Virus record (IMG/VR): IMGVR_UViG_3300014039_000311
Span: 1-64,000 of that record
Source of the DNA: a virus
Taxonomy: Duplodnaviria > Caudoviricetes
Reading direction: 5' to 3' (one strand)
Length of the DNA: 64,000 nt
Shown in pieces: positions 49,020-59,920 of this stretch. The first letter of the stretch is position 1; each line of letters starts with the position of its first letter. The notes below the pieces were generated by a model that was given only the letters and a program-made list of their open reading frames with translations, was not told the origin of the DNA and did no database searches. The position numbers were made by a program, and so were the translations under genes.

Positions 49020-51107
49020 TTATTTCTTGCCTTTGTCATCGAAATTTTTCAAATCTTTTGAAATCTCTTCAAGTTCCTCATTCAATGATAAATTCTTAAG
49101 ATAAATGTCGTTAATGTCATCATTTTTCTTTTCTTTATGGGTTGATGCGACTTCGACGAGACGATTAATTAAGAAATGACTGTAATTCTCGGAACGTTTC
49201 AAGGCATTATGATTAATCGCCCTTTTCTTTTCCTCGATTTTAGACTTCATCCCATGTAATATCATTTCGCCCAAATTAGGCATTGTGCCTGCATCGGATT
49301 GATCATTAGCTTCTCCGCCACCTTCATTAGGCGCACCATTGTCTTCATTGGCAGTATCTTCCATTGACATTTCACCCTCTTCACCAGTTTCCATTCCATC
49401 ATCAGACATATCATCGCCGAAACTCATATCGCCTGTTCCGATAGGCATACCACCACCTCCACCACCAGGGGCAGCACCTCCTTCTTCGCCATTAGCGTCA
49501 AGAGTATCCTGATATTCGGCACCAGGCTCACCATAGATATTATCGACAGGATCAAACAAGCCAGTTTTTTTAATAATTTGTGTCGTTTTCTGTAACTCCG
49601 CCGCCAATGCCGTTTCAAGACGTATTTCTTCAAGATTCCTCTGAATTTCCTTATCAGACCATTTCATTATGTTTTTCCAAGCCCACGTCATAGAGGTCAA
49701 AGGTATACCTCCACCAGGGTCAGAAACTGCATCTTTCGCCGTGGTAATACGCTTTGCGACGTTCTCTATTTCCAACATCTCGGCTTGTGAAGAAGGATTA
49801 TTCATTGTCAGAGTGAAGTTATTCAATTCATCAAAGAAGCCTAACAGACAAAGATGAATAATGGCTATTTTATTTAATTCCATTATTAACGCTTGCTGTA
49901 CTCTATTAACTGTTCTAGTGAATCTCACATCCAATAACGATAGATTTTTACCATCACCTTGTGCATCATCAAAGTTAAGGAAAGACTTAGGAATTCTTAA
50001 AGCTGTCAATACCTTGTTTTGAATATACTTAATATCATCCATTGCAGTTAAGTTTTGACCTGCCGAAAGAGTCTCAATAGGATTTGGTGCGCTGTCATCT
50101 CTTACAGGAATAAAGAAATCTTCTAGATTATTCATTACGTTTTTCCTTAAATCAATCTGTCCGGTCATAGGGTCGATAATAGGTGTTCTCTTGAAATTAT
50201 CTGCAATCTGTTGTACATAAGCGGGAACATCGGCCTCATCAATTGCACCGACATTGATTTTAAACACACGTCTCTCCACTGACCGGTCCAAGCGATAGAC
50301 AAGCATCATATCCTCCATCATGCTAAGCATCCTGAAATGCCTTCTTGCCTTATTTAATATTGAAACACCATAAGGCAAAAATTGCGAATCATACAATAAT
50401 CGGAAGTGTGCAATTTGGAATTCCCTATACGGAATATATTCGGATTGGCCAACCCATACAAATTTAGTCTTATCAATATTTTTCTCATTTACATTATTAA
50501 GATTATATCCCACGGTCGATGATGCATAAGGGCAATCCATTCCATTCTCATATCTTTCGATTTCATAGACAGGTAATTGTTTCCATCCCAATACGCCCTT
50601 TGATTGGTCGACATTTAATAACATGAAGGTATTACCGTATTTGCACATTGAACGGCAAATCATTGGTAATATAATATTAATGTTTAACCTATTGGTAAAT
50701 AAATCTTGTAGAATTGACTTAATACGTTCTGACTTGGAAAATACATTAACAATAAAACCTTTATCATTTGCAGTACAGCTCTCTTCCGCATAGGCATCAA
50801 GAGCAGCACCAATCTCAGGAAAAGCATCCATAAGATCTGAATCCCTATAACTTAATTTTAGCTCATTTAAACCTGATAATGATTGATTCGTAATATCATA
50901 ATGTGCTTTCACCCATTGTCTTCCAAGTAATTTCTGTTGTTTGGCTTGCAACAATTTCATCTGGTAATCAGATTTACTTGTCGCAGTATCAATGACATTA
51001 TTGTCACTATGTATATTATATGTATTGCTAGTTGACAACGATGGTGAAACCGATGCGCCGGTTAGCACTTGTTGTAACCTTTGAAATACAGTTTTTTCCT
51101 TTGACAT
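49020..51107 (-). CDS. Portal protein (T4 gp20-like)
   Basis: PEIGAALD, PYGVSIL, MEDMMLVYRL.R..ERRVFKINVG, EDFFIPVR, IETL, DDIKY. Confidence 0.92.
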   Translation of the reverse strand: MSKEKTVFQRLQQVLTGASVSPSLSTSNTYNIHSDNNVIDTATSKSDYQMKLLQAKQQKLLGRQWVKAHYDITNQSLSGLNELKLSYRDSDLMDAFPEIGAALDAYAEESCTANDKGFIVNVFSKSERIKSILQDLFTNRLNINIILPMICRSMCKYGNTFMLLNVDQSKGVLGWKQLPVYEIERYENGMDCPYASSTVGYNLNNVNEKNIDKTKFVWVGQSEYIPYREFQIAHFRLLYDSQFLPYGVSILNKARRHFRMLSMMEDMMLVYRLDRSVERRVFKINVGAIDEADVPAYVQQIADNFKRTPIIDPMTGQIDLRKNVMNNLEDFFIPVRDDSAPNPIETLSAGQNLTAMDDIKYIQNKVLTALRIPKSFLNFDDAQGDGKNLSLLDVRFTRTVNRVQQALIMELNKIAIIHLCLLGFFDELNNFTLTMNNPSSQAEMLEIENVAKRITTAKDAVSDPGGGIPLTSMTWAWKNIMKWSDKEIQRNLEEIRLETALAAELQKTTQIIKKTGLFDPVDNIYGEPGAEYQDTLDANGEEGGAAPGGGGGGMPIGTGDMSFGDDMSDDGMETGEEGEMSMEDTANEDNGAPNEGGGEANDQSDAGTMPNLGEMILHGMKSKIEEKKRAINHNALKRSENYSHFLINRLVEVASTHKEKKNDDINDIYLKNLSLNEELEEISKDLKNFDDKGKK

Positions 51108-51168
51108 ATAAAAATAAAAAATACCTTATACAATAAATATAAGGTATCTTCTCTGTTTAATCAAGGTA

Positions 51169-53046
51169 TTATTTTACTTTAAATCCGCCCAACATTATAC
51201 ACGCAGCCATTCTCATTCTCTCTTGTTTTTTACTGTCGAACATAAAAGGATCAAATCTTTTATTGTATTTGTTAATATTTTCTTCCTCTTTCAATTGCCT
51301 TGTCGATGGGGTCGTATTATTCGCATTATTGACATACCAAGACTTCACGATACATTTATCCTTTGTTTTTTGTTTTTCAGATTTCAACATATAGAATTGC
51401 ATTACAAACAAACCCATTGCAAGGCAAGTCAATAGGTCATCATGTGCGCCATCCATATGATCCGGTCTTCCATTTTTGAATATCCAAGTGTCCAATTCAT
51501 TTATTCCCCTCTGTGAACGAACCTTGAAGGCATTAGATTTCAACATATCGACGAAATTCGCAATCATTTGTAATCGTAATGCACTGGTTCTAAAACCAGG
51601 TAATTGTTTCTGCTGGTCAAACACGTTTTGTACTTTTACTAAATTCTGATTGGTATAGTTTTTCATCTGGGGATTATCGTAATATAAATTTGGATAACCT
51701 AAATCCATCAAGGTAAGAACAACTGAGTCCCCGTAACCACCAATACATTCGACAACTGTCAGTGCATCATTATATATACGAGCATACCTATCGACCAATT
51801 GACCCACCTCATTACCATTTATTTTTCCATTATATTCGAGAACTTGTTCAAAGCAAGGCATTCCGTCTTCATCAACTCCATCTATATCAATTATTTGTAT
51901 TGCGGTTGAATCTTCACCAGAACCAGAAGAAGGGTCACAAGCACATATATAACGATGCATCGGTATTGGATCTTTCCATATCCAAGTTTCCTTTACCAAG
52001 GTATCCATCAATTTCCAATCATCAGTAATTTGCACTACATTACTTTTCATCTGCCTTTCGATCACTTCAACTGGTACCACGTTATCAGAAGAACCAAGGA
52101 ATGACACGTTCAACTCTTGTGCTATCTTTTGACTGTCATTATTGAATGATTTACACATTGAAACATACCAAGGTGAAGTAGGTATCCATCCTTCCCTTTC
52201 CAATTTACGCCATCTCTCCTCGTTATATTCAATTTCTCCTCTATTACCAATTACGGTTTCGACTATCTCATCGTTATGACCATTCTCCTTATTAAGTCTA
52301 TGCCATTTCAAATTTCTATTGTAACGTAAATCTTGGAACCATTTGAACTCTACAGGATTAAAGTTATTCCTTTTGTCCAATGCGTTCACGTATGTTTTGT
52401 AGTAAAGGGCGTCCTTACCATTTGGGGTCGATACCATAATAATTTTGGCATCTTTTACTGATGCAGTGGCAGCAACAGCCTGTGCATAAACAGTAGTACC
52501 GTCTTGGATGAACGCAGCCTCATCAAAAATAAGAATTGAAACGGCGGAAATACCACGAGCGGCGTTAGTGCCTGATGATCTTGCATAAACCTTACAGCCA
52601 TTAAACAATTCGATATACGATTTATTCCTTGCCTTATATATAGATTTGGTGTTTTTCTCACTCTTAGGATCAGGTGAATAATAATCATTACCCCACATCC
52701 ATCTTGGAACTTGGTCAAGGAAGTTACCTATTTTTTCGACCAATTGTTGTGAAATGTCAAGTTTATTACCAATACACAAGACGGTTTCTGGCGACTTCGA
52801 ACTTGCGAATACACATTGACCCGTTATCCATGCACTAGATACGGTAGTAATACCCGCCTGTCTGTGTTTGATAGCAATTGTGTTTGAATTTGTGCATAAT
52901 GAATGTAAAAATTCTATCTGCCGTGGAAAAAGTCTGAATGGTACTTCCTTCCTTTCATCAGCATTGAAAGTCGATAAATAATGCTCAATAAAATATTTTC
53001 TTGTCTTGTCTTTAAGACATCTTATATATTCTTCTTTAAAACTCAT
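51169..53046 (-). CDS. terL: Terminase large subunit (T4 gp17-like)
   Basis: LFPRQ, KHRQAGITT (Walker A variant), ILIFDEAAF, STPNG, CDPSSG, HDDL. Confidence 0.92.
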   Translation of the reverse strand: MSFKEEYIRCLKDKTRKYFIEHYLSTFNADERKEVPFRLFPRQIEFLHSLCTNSNTIAIKHRQAGITTVSSAWITGQCVFASSKSPETVLCIGNKLDISQQLVEKIGNFLDQVPRWMWGNDYYSPDPKSEKNTKSIYKARNKSYIELFNGCKVYARSSGTNAARGISAVSILIFDEAAFIQDGTTVYAQAVAATASVKDAKIIMVSTPNGKDALYYKTYVNALDKRNNFNPVEFKWFQDLRYNRNLKWHRLNKENGHNDEIVETVIGNRGEIEYNEERWRKLEREGWIPTSPWYVSMCKSFNNDSQKIAQELNVSFLGSSDNVVPVEVIERQMKSNVVQITDDWKLMDTLVKETWIWKDPIPMHRYICACDPSSGSGEDSTAIQIIDIDGVDEDGMPCFEQVLEYNGKINGNEVGQLVDRYARIYNDALTVVECIGGYGDSVVLTLMDLGYPNLYYDNPQMKNYTNQNLVKVQNVFDQQKQLPGFRTSALRLQMIANFVDMLKSNAFKVRSQRGINELDTWIFKNGRPDHMDGAHDDLLTCLAMGLFVMQFYMLKSEKQKTKDKCIVKSWYVNNANNTTPSTRQLKEEENINKYNKRFDPFMFDSKKQERMRMAACIMLGGFKVK

Positions 53047-53089
53047 AAACTTTCAGTATATTTGTATTAATATTATAAATATTAAGGTA

Positions 53090-53854
53090 ATGAAAAAGAA
53101 AACCATAGAGGAATTAATAAAGAAGGCTAACGCAATACATTGTAATAAATACAAATATGACAATTACGTATTAGTGAATACCCATACACCGAGTTGCATA
53201 ACGTGCCCTATACATGGAGATTTCTTGCAGTCATTCGATGCTCATATTCATCAAAAATCAGGATGTCCTGAGTGCGCAAAAATAAAGAGAAATAAAAAGA
53301 ATACGAAGTTTAATTATGATATGTTGTCTGAAAACAATGCAAAATATTCTTTTAATTATGATTACCGAAATTTTGAATACAATGGATATGATGCAAAATC
53401 GACTGTAATATGTCCAACCCACGGGGAATTTATTACTTCTTGGCATAAATTAAAATATGGTCACGGATGTCCTATGTGTGGAAATAAAAAGAATTATTCA
53501 GAATTAAGGTTAAAATCAATTCTTGAGAAAGAATTTAACAAAGTGGAGTATCAAAAGAGATTTGATTGGTTAGGTAGGCAAAGTTTGGATTTCTATCTTC
53601 CTCAATATAATGTTGCAATTGAATATCAAGGCAGACAACACTTTTGTGAATATTCATTATTCAATCACGATGAGACTCTCAAGTCTGATTTAACGAAATT
53701 GGAAAAATGTAAAGCACATAGTATTTCAATTTATTATATCACATTTGAAGGAAAATACATACCTATTGATTTTAGCTACTATAAATTATATACTAATATA
53801 AATAATTTAATTAAAAATATAAAATATGGCAAGAGAAAGACTAAAATTAAATGA
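53090..53854 (+). CDS. Zinc-ribbon plus DUF559/Vsr-like endonuclease
   Basis: Two CPxHG..GCPxC repeats; YQKRFDWL..QSLDFYLPQYNVAIEYQGRQHF; TATATTTG at 53057-53064. Confidence 0.7.
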   Translation: MKKKTIEELIKKANAIHCNKYKYDNYVLVNTHTPSCITCPIHGDFLQSFDAHIHQKSGCPECAKIKRNKKNTKFNYDMLSENNAKYSFNYDYRNFEYNGYDAKSTVICPTHGEFITSWHKLKYGHGCPMCGNKKNYSELRLKSILEKEFNKVEYQKRFDWLGRQSLDFYLPQYNVAIEYQGRQHFCEYSLFNHDETLKSDLTKLEKCKAHSISIYYITFEGKYIPIDFSYYKLYTNINNLIKNIKYGKRKTKIK

Positions 53855-54743
53855 AGAAAGTTCCATTTCAACAAAAGTAAGGTTTATGTCCCAAGAAATT
53901 AGGGATTTGCTATTAAGAAAGCTTCAGTATTCACCTAAATATATGTCAAAAGAAGGAAATTGTCTTATAAAAAAAGGCAGTTTCGTTTATAAACCAAGAG
54001 ACATTATGAAATTGGATTCATTTATCGTAACATATATTGCCTATTATTTTGATAACGAAACCGAATATAAAGACTTTTACCGATATAATCAAAAGAGATT
54101 GTCAAGTGAAACAGATTATGAGAAAAAAATTATCTATTATCGATTCGCAATAGTAAATGACAAGATACCAAAAGAATTCGATGGAATGATTCAACACGAA
54201 TTAAGTCATTTTTTTCAATGTTACAATGGGCAAACAAAAAACGAAGAACTTTATAATAAAATTAAAGATGTAATAAACGATTCTAAGAATGATGTCGATA
54301 GAAACATTGCATATGCATTGTATTTAACTTTTAATACTGAAATAGATGCCTTTGCTAATCAATATTATGCGTATCTTAAACAAAATAAGATAGGAGTTGA
54401 AATAGCAATAACTACATTTCCTAATGGTGAAGGGAATCCTTATAATACATTTGATAAATATTATGACTACGTAGTCGACATTGAGAAATATCTCGATGAT
54501 AAACATATGAAGGATGTCTTCGGCTTAAGTGTCGAACAAATATTCAGTAGACTGGAAAATGCCGAAAAAAGATATAAAAATAAAATGATGAAAGTTATTT
54601 CTTTATATGATAAAGAAATTGTTTCCTCTAAGATGAACGAACACGTTCATCTTAATTTATCACTTTTATTCGGAGTAAGATTAAACTTTGAAATGGACTG
54701 TTACCAAAGAGGGATATATGAAACAGAAAGCGAATTTTTTTAA
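53826..54743 (+). CDS. Protein with zincin-like HExxH motif
   Basis: IQHELSHFFQ ... EIDAF; N-terminal LKLNEE. Confidence 0.55.
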   Translation: MARERLKLNEESSISTKVRFMSQEIRDLLLRKLQYSPKYMSKEGNCLIKKGSFVYKPRDIMKLDSFIVTYIAYYFDNETEYKDFYRYNQKRLSSETDYEKKIIYYRFAIVNDKIPKEFDGMIQHELSHFFQCYNGQTKNEELYNKIKDVINDSKNDVDRNIAYALYLTFNTEIDAFANQYYAYLKQNKIGVEIAITTFPNGEGNPYNTFDKYYDYVVDIEKYLDDKHMKDVFGLSVEQIFSRLENAEKRYKNKMMKVISLYDKEIVSSKMNEHVHLNLSLLFGVRLNFEMDCYQRGIYETESEFF

Positions 54744-54751
54744 TAACGAAA

Positions 54752-54782
54752 ATAGGAAGCCGACTTGTTGTTGACTTCCTAT
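54752..54782. terminator. Bidirectional terminator
   Basis: ATAGGAAGCCGAC-TTGTT-GTTGACTTCCTAT between convergent genes. Confidence 0.65.
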
Positions 54783-54788
54783 TATATT

Positions 54789-57317
54789 TTATCTTGTCTT
54801 GTATGTCCTTGGTTTTCCTTTTTCAATCCAAGACCAATTGTCCCTCATTCGTGAGTTATCTGATGGGGTCGCATTATTTTCTTCAGTTTCTTCATCAGGT
54901 AAACCATAGAATGAAGGTGGAACATTGTTTTTCTCAAGGATTTGTCTTACGTTGTTCAAATCGAAATCACGTTCGCATACCGACAAGTCATCGGTCTCAA
55001 TAAACAGACATTTGATTATCGGCTGCTTTGTTCCGAATAACAGCATACAAGAATGCCCTATTACTGTATCGCCTTTGGTTTTCATACTGATGAAACCATC
55101 GTCACAGTATTTTTTAATTATACTATTATATTGTCTTACAAGTCTGTCTTGCATACCATTAATGATACGCACTCTTTCATACCGTCCGTTATTAAAACCT
55201 TTTATTACAATTCGTGATAGACTTTTACCTCCATGTGACTTTTTATTTATTTTGACGGTTGACATTTCGCCATTGGAAGTATTTCCAATCTTTACCGAGT
55301 TAGGTTTAACAACGTTCCTATTGGCAGCTTTCCTTAACTGATTTTGTGTTATTTCTTCGAGAATGACTGAAGGTGAATATATTTTTCCTTCCTCGAACGA
55401 TTGTCGTTGTGGTATTTGCTGTTGAGGTTGAACGTTATTTTTCCTTTGCGCTATTACTTGTTTCTTAAGTTGTAAGGCCTGTTTCTTATTTGCATAAATT
55501 AGAGGCTTAATTCCACTCTTAGCGTTGATGGCATCTACCTCATCTCTGGTTAATACTTTATTTATCTTTACGGCACCCGTGATAATCCAATCCTCTGTGG
55601 ACGGGTCTACATTTGTCCTATAACGATAAAATGCGTTCTTAGGTATCCTTGGAATACCAGCCCTACTATGTTGATATTTACCAGCTTTAGTCAAACCATT
55701 CTTATAGCATTCATCACTCAAATCATTATCAGCTTGGTATTCACATTCTGCAAAAACAAAGTCATCGGGAAATACATATTGTCCATTTACAAGTAATGTT
55801 TCGCTGTTATTTAGCTTATAACAGAATTGTTTGGCAAATGGTATCATTCCTAAGTGCCAACCGGGACGGAAACTTAAATTACCTAAATTTCTTGCTGTAC
55901 CTTTACCGCCAGTTTTCACCTGTGGTCTATGTTCTGCTGCCGTATATCCTACAATAGGAGGACAATCACAAGGTAGCCATTTACCTATAGGTGTTGGTTG
56001 TCCATCTTGATTAGCAACAACAGGAGGATACAACTGACCATTTTTTAAAGCAAATACCTTATAACCTATCTCTTTCTTCTTAGGTATCTGAAATTCGCCT
56101 TCTTTCCACGTTATATGTTCCTTAGGCACAGCGAAACCTTGTTTTTCGGCTTCCTCAGGACTAATTAACGGTTTGCTCGCCTCATCGATAGGCAATTCAG
56201 AATCAGTTATTAATTCATCTGGTGTATAACATTCATCATCACTAATTTCTGAATAATCCGAATTCATATCGTTCATATGAGTTATGAAGTCTTCTTCTTC
56301 CTTCATATTATTGATTTCATTAACTATTCTCGCCAATGAAGTTTTACCTTTCTTAGTACCTTTGAATACCTCTCTTAGTAACGAATTGAATTTCTCGGAA
56401 GGCAACTTGGATATTTCCATTAGTAAATAATTTGCCCCAATATTATCGATATCAATACCTTGTGTTTCCAAGGCATTAATGATTAAACACCATAATGGTA
56501 CGCCTAATCTTGCGTCCCACATCTCAGCTAATTTAAAATCCGATTTACTGATGACATATTGTGCCTTATCGGAATTTTTAGGCAAACCGTGGGATACTGC
56601 AAGCTCAAGGATGCCTTTGATAGTTTCTTCTAACAGTACAGGCATTAATACCCCTTCAGCTTTGATTTCGACCATATTATCAGGTGACATTATGTTTACA
56701 TCGACTTTACCTGCGTCAGTAATATCATCCTTATTCATCGTATCCTTTTCAAGATACAATAACAGATTATTTAACTCGAATATTTTTTTATAAAGTGAAG
56801 GCAATTCATCATTAATTTCAAACAATCCTTGGAGATAGTATCTCATTTCCTCAGAATTAACAATAGCGGCACCTGTTACCAAAGAATCCAGCATTCTTCG
56901 TTTATATACTTCGTCAGTCAATCGATTCATGTCGTCAATATCATCGAAAGTATAATCAATCGTTTTTTCAGGTACCAATCGTTCATCCTTAGTATCAATA
57001 CTATCGACAAGCTTCATCGATATTTTAATAGTATTGTCAGGTATTTGAAATATCTCATTAACAGTGTCGGCACACAGTTTTTCCAAAGCAGCAACATTAT
57101 TACTTTCGATCTTTTTTGCCTGAGTAATTAATGATGATAATTTACCCTTGAGTTCATTGACATTGTCATATTCAAAGCTATTCGATAAATTTTCAAAATA
57201 ATCACTAACGATACTAACAATAAAACTGTCTTCTTCGTCCGGTGGATATGAAGGGTGTTGCCCCAACGAAGTCTTTGAATTTTGTAACGAGCTTAATATA
57301 TATGATGGTAATTTCAT
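54789..57317 (-). CDS. Large multidomain hypothetical protein (probable head cargo)
   Basis: 842 aa; helical N-domain, acidic linker ending IDEA, central GYKVF...RPGWH...YRYRTN domain, then FEEG/LEE linker and C-domain. Confidence 0.6.
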   Translation of the reverse strand: MKLPSYILSSLQNSKTSLGQHPSYPPDEEDSFIVSIVSDYFENLSNSFEYDNVNELKGKLSSLITQAKKIESNNVAALEKLCADTVNEIFQIPDNTIKISMKLVDSIDTKDERLVPEKTIDYTFDDIDDMNRLTDEVYKRRMLDSLVTGAAIVNSEEMRYYLQGLFEINDELPSLYKKIFELNNLLLYLEKDTMNKDDITDAGKVDVNIMSPDNMVEIKAEGVLMPVLLEETIKGILELAVSHGLPKNSDKAQYVISKSDFKLAEMWDARLGVPLWCLIINALETQGIDIDNIGANYLLMEISKLPSEKFNSLLREVFKGTKKGKTSLARIVNEINNMKEEEDFITHMNDMNSDYSEISDDECYTPDELITDSELPIDEASKPLISPEEAEKQGFAVPKEHITWKEGEFQIPKKKEIGYKVFALKNGQLYPPVVANQDGQPTPIGKWLPCDCPPIVGYTAAEHRPQVKTGGKGTARNLGNLSFRPGWHLGMIPFAKQFCYKLNNSETLLVNGQYVFPDDFVFAECEYQADNDLSDECYKNGLTKAGKYQHSRAGIPRIPKNAFYRYRTNVDPSTEDWIITGAVKINKVLTRDEVDAINAKSGIKPLIYANKKQALQLKKQVIAQRKNNVQPQQQIPQRQSFEEGKIYSPSVILEEITQNQLRKAANRNVVKPNSVKIGNTSNGEMSTVKINKKSHGGKSLSRIVIKGFNNGRYERVRIINGMQDRLVRQYNSIIKKYCDDGFISMKTKGDTVIGHSCMLLFGTKQPIIKCLFIETDDLSVCERDFDLNNVRQILEKNNVPPSFYGLPDEETEENNATPSDNSRMRDNWSWIEKGKPRTYKTR

Positions 57318-57329
57318 TATGTTTTTATA

Positions 57330-57629
57330 CTATTTCAATTTATTTAGAAAATCGTTCAAAGAATATAATTCTGAGTTTTCTTTTAACACCCTTAAACGAT
57401 TTTCCTGCAACTGTTTCTTAGTAATAATTTTCCCTTCGTTTTGTGATTGTGCAGGAATTTGAATGTTAGCATTACTTAAATCAACTCCGTTATTTTTTGC
57501 GTTTTGTTTGGTCTTATCAATGGCTTGTTTCACGTCTCCATTACATGCATCCACGTCTGCGTTTAAAGTAATGCCTTCACTTAAAGCTTTTTTATATTGG
57601 TCTTCACTAATCTTTAAATTTCTACCCAT
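57330..57629 (-). CDS. Small probable internal head protein
   Basis: LKISEDQYKKALSE leader; TATTTAT upstream. Confidence 0.55.
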   Translation of the reverse strand: MGRNLKISEDQYKKALSEGITLNADVDACNGDVKQAIDKTKQNAKNNGVDLSNANIQIPAQSQNEGKIITKKQLQENRLRVLKENSELYSLNDFLNKLK

Positions 57630-57671
57630 TTTAATAAAAATAAAGTTTTATTATTAATAAATATTAAACAA

Positions 57672-59141
57672 TTATCTATAAGGTTTCCAAACATATTTTA
57701 TTAACCCGCAATCCCATATTTTCGTATAACCGAGTCTTTTTACCATTTCATTTTCAGTCATCGATAATGGTAAATTGTATCGTTTATGCAATAATTGTTT
57801 TCTGAAGCCAAATTTATGAAGTCGAACACAACCATCTGATTGTTTATAATACCAATAAGATGGTCTTACAAACGAATTAAACTTGAAGCCAAGCTTTGTG
57901 TATATGTTATTATCTTTATCAATCGTCCATCTTCTATCAGCAAACGTCTTTATATTTTCAACATTGTAATTCTTTATAAAATATGTAAGTAATTTACCTC
58001 CGATACCGATACAGCGATAATTAATATCTGTTGCAAATCTATTCAATTCCCAACATCCATCTTTAACTTTTTTGAATGTCATTACAGCCACCATTCGTTC
58101 ATTAAAATAACCGCCTATACCGACGGTAAAACCGGTTTTACCTTGTATATGGTTTTTACATAAAAAATCATAAGCATCTTGTTTATTCGTAATTTCTTTA
58201 ATCTTGCATTTTCTGGCGTAAATCTTGGGAATAGTATCTATTTTACAAAGATGTTTTAGCTTCGAAATACAAATTTCTTTATTATTAACCCATTCATCCT
58301 CAAATATTTGAATTAGTTTAATTCCTTGTTTATTGCATTCTTCGAGTTTGTTTATATGATAGTTTTTATCCTTTCCTAATTCTTCCGAATGCCACCATAA
58401 CCCATTATATTCAATACCTATTCTCAACGACGGAATATAGATATCTATTTCTTTCCCATTAAGGATGCTACGATCTCTCTGTTGAGGGTTTAAACATTTT
58501 AGAATTTCACAAATTTTATCTTCTGCTTTAGAAACCTGTTTTGCGCATTTAGGACAGCCGCCCCCTCGTAAATGACAATCTGGAAGTTGTTTAAAATCAC
58601 CGTGTATCGGGCAAGTTATAATGATATCTTTCATAGTGCCATTATACACAGATTTGTCATAAGTATATTTACCCTTATGTTGTAATGTTGAACGTTTAAT
58701 AAACTCAGAAATATCCATTAAATTTGCCTTACTTCTTTTTTCATTTGCACATTTCGGACAACCACTTCCATTCAAATGATTGAATGGGGTTTGCCAAAAT
58801 TCACCATGTTTAGGACAAGTAATACAAACCTTTTGATTCCATTTGTGATATATAGTATTAGTGTAAATATATTTATTTCCGTGTACTTTAATAGCTTCTT
58901 CAATAAATTTATCTGTTGTTTTTTCTCTCGCCGAAGCCGTTATAGTTTGTCCACATTTTCTACAGCCATACCCTTTTAGATGGTTGTGAGGGGTTTGCCA
59001 AAATTCACCATGTTCAGGACATATAATACAAACCTTGGTTCTCGAATTTAAATAATTTACTTTTGAATAATCATATTTGTCCCCATGAATTGCTATTGAT
59101 TTTGAAATGAAATCTTCTTTACTATATTTTTTAATTTTCAT
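57672..59141 (-). CDS. Hef-like homing endonuclease
   Basis: Three CPxHG..GCxKC repeats; KEIDIYIPSLRIGIEYNGLWWHSE; IYARKC; WELNRF; FADRRW; KIWDCG. Confidence 0.75.
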   Translation of the reverse strand: MKIKKYSKEDFISKSIAIHGDKYDYSKVNYLNSRTKVCIICPEHGEFWQTPHNHLKGYGCRKCGQTITASAREKTTDKFIEEAIKVHGNKYIYTNTIYHKWNQKVCITCPKHGEFWQTPFNHLNGSGCPKCANEKRSKANLMDISEFIKRSTLQHKGKYTYDKSVYNGTMKDIIITCPIHGDFKQLPDCHLRGGGCPKCAKQVSKAEDKICEILKCLNPQQRDRSILNGKEIDIYIPSLRIGIEYNGLWWHSEELGKDKNYHINKLEECNKQGIKLIQIFEDEWVNNKEICISKLKHLCKIDTIPKIYARKCKIKEITNKQDAYDFLCKNHIQGKTGFTVGIGGYFNERMVAVMTFKKVKDGCWELNRFATDINYRCIGIGGKLLTYFIKNYNVENIKTFADRRWTIDKDNNIYTKLGFKFNSFVRPSYWYYKQSDGCVRLHKFGFRKQLLHKRYNLPLSMTENEMVKRLGYTKIWDCGLIKYVWKPYR

Positions 59142-59280
59142 ACTATATTAGTTAAAATAATAAACTTGTTATTGTATATAATATTATTATATAATACAAA
59201 TATACAATTTATTTTTATTGTTCAATCATAAATTGTTATATTTTGTGTATTTTTAATTTTTTTTTTAATAATAATAATAA

Positions 59281-59318
59281 AAAAAAAAAATAATAGGAAC
59301 ATTGGTTCCTATTATTTT
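59281..59318 (-). terminator. Rho-independent terminator
   Basis: AAAATAATAGGAAC-ATTG-GTTCCTATTATTTT with long T-tract on the minus strand. Confidence 0.75.
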
Positions 59319-59336
59319 ATAATTAATATTTAACTT

Positions 59337-59897
59337 TTAATCAAATTTAGGTGCAATGAATGGTGATTTACGGTATGAACTATCGTGATTTATTTTCATT
59401 TCACATCCCTCTTCATCATCTGTATTTCCAGTTAACTCTTGAAACAACTCATTCAAACTGTTTTCACGTTCAATACCCTCATTCGTATCTTGGCTTTCAT
59501 CATCCTTCATTTTGTTGAGTATTTCATCAACATCTTTATCGTCCAATCCATCAGTCGTTTGTTTTAAAATCATTCCTGCGACATATTTGTCAAGATCTGA
59601 ATCAGGAGTTGGAAGTTCTTGCTGATATTTTCTGAGCGATTGACTTAACTTTCCTGTAAGTTGTTGTATATATCTCTTTGGGTCATCATCTTCATTAGTG
59701 TCGATACCAGCGTCAAAGTTCGTGTCGTATGGATTAATATTATCACCATCATTATTATCCATCGGCGTTTGACCGTCCATAGGAGTAGCATCATCAACCA
59801 TAGGTGTTGTATCATTTATTGACATTTCCTGTGGTGGTTGGTTTAACTGCGCATCCATTGGCATTTCCTGAGTACGAGGTGAACTAACCTTTAACAC
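59337..59897 (-). CDS. Acidic hypothetical protein, probably the -1-frameshift extension of the upstream gene
   Basis: Frame stays open upstream through LKESLSERK to the slippery site. Confidence 0.6.
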   Translation of the reverse strand: MLKVSSPRTQEMPMDAQLNQPPQEMSINDTTPMVDDATPMDGQTPMDNNDGDNINPYDTNFDAGIDTNEDDDPKRYIQQLTGKLSQSLRKYQQELPTPDSDLDKYVAGMILKQTTDGLDDKDVDEILNKMKDDESQDTNEGIERENSLNELFQELTGNTDDEEGCEMKINHDSSYRKSPFIAPKFD

Positions 59898-59920
59898 TTT
59901 TCGTTCACTTAGGCTTTCTT

